This document shows positions 56,449 to 64,000 of a stretch of DNA of 64,000 nt, one piece after another (the stretch's first letter is position 1; every line of letters starts with the position of its first letter). The stretch comes from Gemmatimonadota bacterium (lineage in GTDB: Bacteria > Gemmatimonadota > Gemmatimonadetes > Gemmatimonadales > Gemmatimonadaceae): positions 1 through 64,000 of the forward strand of contig JANMLN010000124.1 of NCBI GenBank assembly GCA_031372565.1, given 5' to 3'. A program made the translations under genes and the position numbers. Under the pieces are notes generated by a model. It saw nothing but the letters and a program-made list of their open reading frames with translations. It was not told where the DNA came from and did not search any database.

Positions 56449-58155
56449 TTGCGAGCGCGCATCATTTGGTGGTTTCGCCGAGGCGTGGTATGCGGTAGCG
56501 TCGCCCTAGCCGTGGCGTGTGAGCGACCGACCGAGGGCCTACAGACCAACGCAACGCCACCTCGCGAGGTGCGTTCCGCCGCACTGGCGACACGACCACC
56601 TCTTGCGGACACGATTGAGGAAGTACGAGTCGCTCTCGCCGCAGGTCTCCTGCCCGAGCTGCCATCGGACGCGGCGCTCATGCGCGCGGTGGAGGAGTCG
56701 AAGGGTATTGTTTTGATCGGGCTGAAGGAGCCCTTGCAGCCGAGTACGCGCGCTTCCGGACGGTTTCAGGCCATGGCACGCGCGCGTGTCGAAGACCTTC
56801 AGCGCCTGCTCGCGGATGAGGGCGTCGCGGTGCTGCAGTCGATGCGATACACATCCACCGTTGTCGCGCGTATCGACGCGATTCAGGCACCTCGTCTGCG
56901 ACGCCTGCCCATCGTCAATTTCCTTGAGGTGCCGGCCAGCGGCGCTCCGGGACAGGCTGCGCAGATCGTCGACACCGCGCAGCGCATCTACGGGTTGCCA
57001 GGCGTATGGACCATGGGCGGCGGCGCGGGAGGCAGCGCCACGATCACAATCCTGGATTCCGGCTTGGACTCGTTGCACTACTATCTGCCGACGGGAGATG
57101 GACCGGCGAGTCTGAGCGTGTGCGGCTACGTGTCCTCGGCGCGGTCCTGCTACAACCCCGCCGACGTCCATGGCAGCGCCGTGGCGGGCGTCGTGGCGGG
57201 CCGAGACAACTGCTGCGGGATTGTGGGCGTGGCATACGGACCGTTGACGGTGAACTTTGCGCGAATCACCGACAGCGTGCAGTACTGGGGCGAAGCGGCG
57301 TTCATTGCGGCTCTTGACTGGGCGACATCGCTCCAAGTGCCCCGTCACATCGTCAACATGAGCTTCCAGTTCTGCACGATGGGCTCCGCTTCGTGGAACG
57401 CGATAGGTCGGGCCAGTCAGGCGGGCATTCTGCTCGTCTCGATCGCGGGGAACACGAACTGGCTCTGTTCCGGGTTTCCGCCCGGGGCGAACGGTGTGAC
57501 GTTCCCGGGACGCTATCCCGAGGTGCTTGCCGTTGCTGGCACGAGTGTGGCAGACGGCTTTGCGCTTCCGGAGGGGTCGTGCTCGGGGTCGCGACAGGGT
57601 CCCGAGGTCGCGCTCTCCGCGCCGTTCAAGGTGCAGACGATGGGCTTCGCAGGCTCAAGGGCGGTGATGTGCGGTACTTCGTTCTCGGCGCCAGCGGTAT
57701 CCGGCGCGGCTGCGCTTGTCTGGACGCAGAATCCATCGTGGAACGCAACCGCGGTGCGAAGCCGACTGTTCAGTTCCGCACTGGACCTCGGGCCGACTGG
57801 GAGGGATCAGCAGTTTGGCTTTGGGCGCCTGTCGGCTGTCAACGCGCTTCAGTCTCCCCTGCAGGTGTCCCTATCGGGTCCCGGTCTCCTCGATGTACCT
57901 GGGACGTACACCTGGTCGGCGACCGCGTCGGGCTCGCAGGCTCCGTATTCGATCGTCTGGTCCTACCGGAGTTCAGCCACGGGCGCCTGGGTCGCTGTCG
58001 GCAGCGGCTCGACGCACTCGCGGAACGTCACCGCCTCTTCTCCAAGCTTTCAGCTGCTTGCTCAGGTCACGACCCCCGCTTGGCAGGGCAGCGCCTCGGC
58101 AACGACGGCCGTCACCGTATCCATGGGGGGCGGATGCAATCCGTACTGCGAGTAG
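56449..58155 (+). CDS. S8 subtilisin-like serine peptidase, probable lipoprotein, with C-terminal Ig/PKD-like domain (start uncertain)
   Basis: ILDSG, HGSAVAG, AGN, GTSFSAP; LAVAC lipobox-like. Confidence 0.85.
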   Translation: MRARIIWWFRRGVVCGSVALAVACERPTEGLQTNATPPREVRSAALATRPPLADTIEEVRVALAAGLLPELPSDAALMRAVEESKGIVLIGLKEPLQPSTRASGRFQAMARARVEDLQRLLADEGVAVLQSMRYTSTVVARIDAIQAPRLRRLPIVNFLEVPASGAPGQAAQIVDTAQRIYGLPGVWTMGGGAGGSATITILDSGLDSLHYYLPTGDGPASLSVCGYVSSARSCYNPADVHGSAVAGVVAGRDNCCGIVGVAYGPLTVNFARITDSVQYWGEAAFIAALDWATSLQVPRHIVNMSFQFCTMGSASWNAIGRASQAGILLVSIAGNTNWLCSGFPPGANGVTFPGRYPEVLAVAGTSVADGFALPEGSCSGSRQGPEVALSAPFKVQTMGFAGSRAVMCGTSFSAPAVSGAAALVWTQNPSWNATAVRSRLFSSALDLGPTGRDQQFGFGRLSAVNALQSPLQVSLSGPGLLDVPGTYTWSATASGSQAPYSIVWSYRSSATGAWVAVGSGSTHSRNVTASSPSFQLLAQVTTPAWQGSASATTAVTVSMGGGCNPYCE

Positions 58156-58166
58156 GAGCGCGAGTA

Positions 58167-58688
58167 GTGATTGGGCGCGGGGGCGGGCCACTCAGGCGTA
58201 TCAGGACTCTTCTTGGCGTAGGTGCCGTGGCGTTGGCGAGTTGCAGCACATCGCTCGCCGAGCCAGACGGCGGTTGTCAGTCCATCGTCCCGCGCGACCA
58301 GTCCGCCCGCACGACCATCACGCAGGGGATCGCGGGCAACGTGTGGCGGTGGGACGGGTTTGGCAACTGCTCCGATGCTGTGGCGGTGTCACGGACGATT
58401 CTGGTCTATCAACCCGTCCTAAAGAGCGCTCTCCCTTCGATGCGCCCGGACTCGTTCTTCGCCGACTCGCTCGTTGGCGTGGCCGTGGACAGCGTTCGCT
58501 CCGACAGCTTGGGCTTCTACCAGCTCCGGCTGCCCGCCGGTACCTACTCGCTGGTGGCGCGCGAAGGCGGTCGGTTGTACGTGAACCTCGGCACGACTGA
58601 TCTGCGCTACGTCGGCCTGACGGAGATTCCCCCGAACTCCGTCTTGCGTTACGACGTGTCGATACGCTATGTGGGGAGCCTCCCATAG
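58167..58688 (+). CDS. Hypothetical lipoprotein (carboxypeptidase-regulatory-like fold)
   Basis: AGGAG RBS, LASC lipobox, QGIAG.V, SD..GFY.L.LPAGTYSL. Confidence 0.65.
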   Translation: MIGRGGGPLRRIRTLLGVGAVALASCSTSLAEPDGGCQSIVPRDQSARTTITQGIAGNVWRWDGFGNCSDAVAVSRTILVYQPVLKSALPSMRPDSFFADSLVGVAVDSVRSDSLGFYQLRLPAGTYSLVAREGGRLYVNLGTTDLRYVGLTEIPPNSVLRYDVSIRYVGSLP

Positions 58689-58982
58689 GCACGCGGCCAG
58701 CGGGGTGTCGGGGCCTGAAGAGCGGTCGCAAGACGGGCGAAGCCCATCGAGGAGCCCGTCGAGTGCGCGAGCGCTCGACTGAGCTACACCCGACATGACT
58801 CTCTCGCTGCGTCGAACCTGGCAGCAACGCAACTAGCGGCCAGACATGCCGCAGACGCCGCCAGTAGGTGAACCGCGCCAGAGTGCATCGTCGCCCCAAC
58901 GTCAAGTTGAGCTGTGGACCCTTCAAGAATGCGGCCGCGGAGCGGCCGTCATCAGTAGCGCGGCCATCTTCACCAACTGCCG

Positions 58983-59320
58983 TCAGTGTACGCCCAGAAT
59001 GCGGCGCACTTCTTCTTGCAGCGCCGGAACGTTCGTCCGCAACACGCGCCAAACAATATCGAGGTCGACGCCGAAGTAGTCGTGGATCAGTCGGTCGCGC
59101 ATTCGCGCCATGGCGCGCCACTCAACCGCAGGATCGCGTTGCGCATCTCGGCGGGCACGCGCTTGGACGCCTCGCCGATTATTTCAAGACTGCGCACGAC
59201 GGCGCGCTGGAGGATGGGGTCCTCCTCCAGCACCTGGCGCGTCAGCGTCGTCCGCACCTAACCAAGGAAGTCTGCCTCGGCGAGGATGTGCCGAAGCACC
59301 TCATGCGGCTCGTACGACAT
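58983..59320 (-). pseudogene. HepT/DUF86 HEPN RNase toxin, inactivated
   Basis: MSYEP..LRHIL.EADFLG* (TAG 59258-59260), RSLEIIGEASK, frameshift near 59135, then W..MARMRDRLIHDYFGVD..IVW. Confidence 0.85.
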
Positions 59321-59618
59321 CCAAGGCGCCCGCGAGGATATGCGGGCGCAGGGAAGGCGGGAGGCCCTCGGCTGTGACGAGCTCGACGTGGCGTCCCAAC
59401 ACCGACTCGAGCAGATCTCCAAGGTCGACGAGGTGCGCCAGCGTCTTCTGCTCGGGCTCAAACTCGACAAGCAAGTCGACATCACTGTCCGGATGCGCGG
59501 TATCGCGTCGGACCGATCCGAACAGCGCCAAGCGCCGAACGCCCAAGCCGAAAATTTCGGCTTGGACGGCCTGCAAGCGAGCTTGCACATCGGAGCGGGA
59601 TGGAGCCTGAGCGATCAT
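59301..59618 (-). CDS. MNT minimal nucleotidyltransferase antitoxin
   Basis: LFGSVRRD.AHPDSDVDLLVEF, LGR.VELVT. Confidence 0.9.
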   Translation of the reverse strand: MIAQAPSRSDVQARLQAVQAEIFGLGVRRLALFGSVRRDTAHPDSDVDLLVEFEPEQKTLAHLVDLGDLLESVLGRHVELVTAEGLPPSLRPHILAGALDVVRAA

Positions 59619-59677
59619 GAAACAAAGCTATCCCGGCGCGTCGCGCTCGCCACGTCGAGGGCGTCACCCGCTCGTGA

Positions 59678-62600
59678 TCAGTCCCCCGCCACCGGCTGCA
59701 ACGCTGGCACGCGATGCTCCCCGGTCGCCTGCGCCACCTTCATCCCGAACCGACGCGCCAGTCCGGCACGCATCTCGTCCATGATCTCGTAGAAGGTCGG
59801 GATCACGATCAGCGTCAGCACGGTCGACGTGATCGTGCCGCCGATGACCGCGATCCCTAGCGGCGCGCGGAACTGCGAGCCTTCGCCCGAGCCGAGCGCG
59901 ACCGGGATCATGCCCGCGATCAGTGCGAACGTGGTCATGAGAATGGGACGCAAGCGGATCGCGCCCGCTTCGATCAACGCCTCGCGCAGCGGCAGTCCCT
60001 GCTTCTCGCGCGCCCACTTGGCAAAGTCCACCAGCAGGATCGCGTTCTTGGCCACGATGCCGGCCAGCAGGATGACGCCGATCATCGACATGATGTTGAT
60101 CGTCGCCCCCGTCACCATGAGGGCCAGCATCACGCCGATGAGCGAGAGCGGCAGCGAAATCAGGATCGCCAGCGGGTCGAGGAACGATCCGAACTGCACC
60201 ACCAGGATGAAGTACATGAGCATGACGGCCACGCCAAGCGCCGACAGGATGCTCGTGAACACTTCCGCCTGCTGCTTCGCTTCGCCACCCTGCGAAATGC
60301 GCACCGACGCCGGCTTCTGGAGCTTGGCCATCCGCTGGTTGATGTCCACCAGCACGTTGGTCAGCGCCTTGCCTGCCGTGTTGGCCTGCACGATCACGAC
60401 CTTCTCGCGATCGAGATGGCTGATCACGGCGGGTCCGAGCGTCTGCTTCACGCTGGCGATCTGGCCGAGCGGCAGCGTGGTGGGCGCGCCACCAGGCGCA
60501 CCGATCACGAGCGGCAACTGTTCGAGATCGGTCCCGCGGCGGCGCGACTCGGGGTCGAGGCGCACGCGCACCTCGCGCGTCTCGCCGCTCGGGTCCACCC
60601 AATCGCCCGTCTTGATGCCGGCAAAGGCCGGCCGCAGCGACTGCGCCACGGCGCCCACCGACACGCCGAGCGATCCGGCGAGCCCGCGGTTGATCTGCAC
60701 GTCCAGTTCGGGCTTCTGCCCCTTGCTGCTCAACCCGGCGTCCACGGCACCGGGAGTCTCCTTCACGGCCTGCAAGACCTGCTGCGCATAGCTCTGCAGA
60801 TCGGCCAGGTTGTCGCCGCGGAGTTCGAGCTGGATCTGCTTGCGGCCACCGCCAAAGTCGGTGGCGAACACGGCCACGGTCGCGCCGCCAACCTGCTTCA
60901 CTTCCTCGCGCAGTTGGCCCGCGAGCTGGATGACCGACAGCGTGCGCTCGCCCTTGGGCGTCGTCTTCACGAAGACGTTCGCCATGTCGACGGCACCGCT
61001 CGCCCCGCCGATCGTAGTGTAGGTGTAGATGACCTCCGGGTGCGCACGCGCGATGCGGGCCGCTTCTTCGGCCTTGAGGCGCGTGTACGACATGGTCGAG
61101 CCCGGCGGCGTCTCGACCGCGATGTTGAACTCGGACCGGTCATCCTCGGGCACGAAGCCGGCGCCCACCAGGCCGGTGGCCGGAATGGCGATCGCGATCA
61201 CGAACGACCCGACCGCCAGCGCCACCATCGCGAGCCGGTGATCGAGCGCCCACGCGATCACGAGTCGGTACCGCTCCGCCAACCGGTTGAACCAGTTGTT
61301 GAACTGGTCCAGTCGCTTCGTGATCCACCGCTTCTTCTCCTCGGGCACGTGCGGGTCGGGCCAGTAGGCCGACAGCATCGGATCGAGCGAGAACGACACG
61401 AAGAGCGACACCAGCACCGAACAGGCGATCGTGAGCGCGAACGGCTTGAACCACTGCCCACCCACACCGCTGATGAACGCGATGGGCACGAACACCGCCA
61501 CGATCGAGAAGGTGGTGGCCGCAACGGCGAGCCCGATTTCGTCGGTCCCCTCGCGGGCCGCGGTGTAGTGGTCTTTCCCCATCTCCACATGGCGCACGAT
61601 GTTCTCGCGCACCACGATCGCGTCGTCGATCAGGATGCCGATCGCGAGCGAAAGCCCCAACAGCGACATGGTGTTGAGCGTGAACCCGAAGAGCCACACC
61701 GCCACGAAGCTCGCCAGCACCGACACCGGCAGTGCCAGGCCGGTGATGACTGTCGAACGCCACGAATTGAGGAAGATGAACACCACCAGCACCGTCAGCA
61801 GCGCCCCTTCGAGCAGCGTCTCCTGCACGTTGCGCACCGACGCGTCCACGCGCTTGCCGGCATCGCGGACGATGTCGACCTTCACGCCGGCCGGGAGCCG
61901 CTTCTTGATCTCGTCGATCCGCTTGTTGAGCCGCATCGACAGATCGGTCGTGCTGGCTTCCTTCCCCTTCTTGATGTCGATGCCCACCGCCTCGACGCCG
62001 TTGTAGAGCGCCAGCGTGCGCGGCTCCTCGGTCCCATCGCGCACCGTGGCCAGTTGGCCCAGGCGAATCGGAATCCCGTTGCGCGTCGTGACCACGAGGT
62101 TCGCGAACTCCTGCGGGTCGAGCAGGCGTCCCTGCAGGCGGATCGAACGCTCCTCGAGCGGTCCCTCGATGCGCCCGACCGGTGCCGCCAGATTCTGCGT
62201 CTGCAACGCCTGCACCACCTGGGAGACGCCCACACCGTTGGCCAGCAGCGCCTGCGGGTGAATCTCCACCGTCAGCTCGCGCTTGATCGAGCCGACGACG
62301 GCCACATCGGCCACTCCCGCCAGCGAGCGGAACTCGCGCGTGATCCCCGGGTCGGCGAGTCGCGTCAGCTGCGCCGGCGTCAGCGACGTCGAACTCAGCG
62401 TGAGCGACAGCACCGGACGGTCGGTGTCGGAGATCTTCTTGAGGATCGGCTCCTCCATCTCCTGCGGGAGCTCCTGCCGCTTGAGCGAGATGGCGTCGCG
62501 GATGTCCTGCTGCGCCTCCTGGATCGGCTTCTGGAAGAGGAAGAAGGTCGTGATCTGCGCGAATCCGTCGCGCGCTTCCCCCTGGACGTAGTCGACCCCC

Positions 62601-62824
62601 TGGATGCTCTGGATCGCTTCCTCGATCGGCTCGAGGATCTCGCGTTCCACCTGATCGGGGGAGGCGCCAGGATAGATGATCGTCGTCGCCACGATCGGCG
62701 GCTGGACCTCCGGGAACTCGTCGGTCTTCAACCGCAACAGGGCGAACAGGCCGAACACCACCAGCCCCAACATCGAGACCACGGTGATGAGCGGTCGCTT
62801 GATCGCGAAATCCGAGATGAACAT
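59678..62824 (-). CDS. RND efflux permease (AcrB/AcrD/AcrF family)
   Basis: IKRP, GILIDDAIVV.EN, KNAILLVDF, RLRPILMTT, GG...ST.LTL..IP. Confidence 0.95.
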   Translation of the reverse strand: MFISDFAIKRPLITVVSMLGLVVFGLFALLRLKTDEFPEVQPPIVATTIIYPGASPDQVEREILEPIEEAIQSIQGVDYVQGEARDGFAQITTFFLFQKPIQEAQQDIRDAISLKRQELPQEMEEPILKKISDTDRPVLSLTLSSTSLTPAQLTRLADPGITREFRSLAGVADVAVVGSIKRELTVEIHPQALLANGVGVSQVVQALQTQNLAAPVGRIEGPLEERSIRLQGRLLDPQEFANLVVTTRNGIPIRLGQLATVRDGTEEPRTLALYNGVEAVGIDIKKGKEASTTDLSMRLNKRIDEIKKRLPAGVKVDIVRDAGKRVDASVRNVQETLLEGALLTVLVVFIFLNSWRSTVITGLALPVSVLASFVAVWLFGFTLNTMSLLGLSLAIGILIDDAIVVRENIVRHVEMGKDHYTAAREGTDEIGLAVAATTFSIVAVFVPIAFISGVGGQWFKPFALTIACSVLVSLFVSFSLDPMLSAYWPDPHVPEEKKRWITKRLDQFNNWFNRLAERYRLVIAWALDHRLAMVALAVGSFVIAIAIPATGLVGAGFVPEDDRSEFNIAVETPPGSTMSYTRLKAEEAARIARAHPEVIYTYTTIGGASGAVDMANVFVKTTPKGERTLSVIQLAGQLREEVKQVGGATVAVFATDFGGGRKQIQLELRGDNLADLQSYAQQVLQAVKETPGAVDAGLSSKGQKPELDVQINRGLAGSLGVSVGAVAQSLRPAFAGIKTGDWVDPSGETREVRVRLDPESRRRGTDLEQLPLVIGAPGGAPTTLPLGQIASVKQTLGPAVISHLDREKVVIVQANTAGKALTNVLVDINQRMAKLQKPASVRISQGGEAKQQAEVFTSILSALGVAVMLMYFILVVQFGSFLDPLAILISLPLSLIGVMLALMVTGATINIMSMIGVILLAGIVAKNAILLVDFAKWAREKQGLPLREALIEAGAIRLRPILMTTFALIAGMIPVALGSGEGSQFRAPLGIAVIGGTITSTVLTLIVIPTFYEIMDEMRAGLARRFGMKVAQATGEHRVPALQPVAGD

Positions 62825-62837
62825 GACCCGTGCCCCC

Positions 62838-63995
62838 TTAGTTGCGCTTGGTCGGTGCGGCCTTGTCGCCCGTTTCGGCGACCTTGACCGCGGATCCGAC
62901 GCTGATGCCCTGCGCGGCGCCGACGAGCAGCGTGTCCCCCACGCTCACGCCGGCGCGCACTTCGTACCGCTCCGTCACCTTGTCGTGCAGCCCGAGCTCC
63001 ACCGTGACCTGCTCGACCTTGCCCCCCTTCACGCGCATCACCAGCGGCGCAACGCCGCGCTGATCGATCGCGTTGGCCGGCACGAGCAGCCCGGCGCGCG
63101 ACGCGCTCGCGATGCGCCCTTCCGCGAACAGCCCACCCACGAGGGGCGCGCTCCCCGCCTTGGCCGTGTTGGGAATGGCCGCATACACCCGCACCTGCCG
63201 CGTCACGGGATCGGCGGACGGGTTCACGCGGGTGATCCGCCCGACGAAGCGCCGACCACCGTAACCGTTGACGACGAAGCGAACCACCGCGCCGATGCGC
63301 ACCTGCCCGAGCTGCTCCGCCGGCACCGCCGCCTCGAGCCGCATGCTCGTCGGATCGATGATCGTGAACATCGCCGCACCGGGTGCGACCACGTCGCCCG
63401 CCGAGACGACCCGCTCGCTCACCACGCCGGCAAAGGGGGCGACCAGCTTCGCGCGACTCAGATTCTCCTCGTTGGTCGCGTACCGCGACTTGGCGTCATC
63501 GAGCGCCGCCTTCGCGCCGAGGTCACCCCGCGTGGCGCTCTCCTCATCGCGCTCGGAAATCGCCCCTTCCTTGAGCAGCCGCTTGGCACGCTCGAGTTCG
63601 CGCGCGGCCTGATCGGCCGAGTTCTGCGCGTTGGTGAGCTGCGCCTTGGCGGCGAGGTAGGCGTCCTTGAAGACGCGATCATCCACTTGCGCCAGCGGCG
63701 CGCCGGCCGCCACGTATTCGCCTTGCTCGACGAAGGTGCGGAGCACCGAGCCACCCACCTGCGCGCGGATCTTCGCTTCACGCTCGGGAATGATCGTCCC
63801 CTGCACGGTGGGGCCGCTCTCGATCGAATCCATGGCGACCACGGCAATGGCCTCGGGACCAACGACGATGCCGTCGGTGTTCTTGGCTGCGGCGGCGGCG
63901 GGGCCCTTGCTGCAGGCCGCAGCAAGCAGGAGCGCCGACGAGGCGAGGAGGGCGCTGGCGAGCGGCCGTGTACGACGTGTACGAATGGTCTTCAT
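62838..63995 (-). CDS. RND periplasmic adaptor (membrane fusion lipoprotein)
   Basis: LAAAC lipobox, V.QGE.V..G, APFAGVV, G.ITRVNP..DP.TR, VPA.AI. Confidence 0.93.
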   Translation of the reverse strand: MKTIRTRRTRPLASALLASSALLLAAACSKGPAAAAAKNTDGIVVGPEAIAVVAMDSIESGPTVQGTIIPEREAKIRAQVGGSVLRTFVEQGEYVAAGAPLAQVDDRVFKDAYLAAKAQLTNAQNSADQAARELERAKRLLKEGAISERDEESATRGDLGAKAALDDAKSRYATNEENLSRAKLVAPFAGVVSERVVSAGDVVAPGAAMFTIIDPTSMRLEAAVPAEQLGQVRIGAVVRFVVNGYGGRRFVGRITRVNPSADPVTRQVRVYAAIPNTAKAGSAPLVGGLFAEGRIASASRAGLLVPANAIDQRGVAPLVMRVKGGKVEQVTVELGLHDKVTERYEVRAGVSVGDTLLVGAAQGISVGSAVKVAETGDKAAPTKRN

Positions 63996-64000
63996 GGAGT

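Noticed and set aside
60416..62887. 823-aa plus-strand ORF
   Set aside because: Typical antisense shadow of the RND permease.

Overview
High-GC bacterial chromosome segment. Gene content and style (several Hanks-type kinases, an expanded Uma2 family, a PEP-CTERM protein, many apparently leaderless starts) suggest Gemmatimonadota, but this is inference only. Positions 431-42090 are mostly core or metabolic genes: sufU-Rieske ferredoxin-sufS, a kinase/PP2C/FHA signalling operon, transporters, peptidases, bacilliredoxin, a GroES-like gene, lepB, SWIB, nfo, pruA, a PhzF-family gene and a PLP decarboxylase. About 42100-59620 is an accessory tract with relics of IS481-, IS91- and IS110-family elements, three toxin-antitoxin loci (two with broken toxins), an ice-binding PEP-CTERM protein and a subtilase. 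An RND efflux pair ends the window. Strongest signals: (1) an IS1111-type IS110 element with readable sub-terminal inverted repeats, a duplicated CT core and a downstream candidate bridge RNA whose loop segments resemble its own target and donor; it sits in a motif that recurs unoccupied at 49556-49587; (2) four Uma2 nuclease paralogues sharing a ~110-nt spacing-conserved leader; (3) a REP-type palindrome amplified in frame inside sufS and an FHA-protein signal peptide; (4) a microhomology deletion joining a kinase start to a hicA toxin gene. All assignments come from reading motifs by eye; no searches or folding were run.
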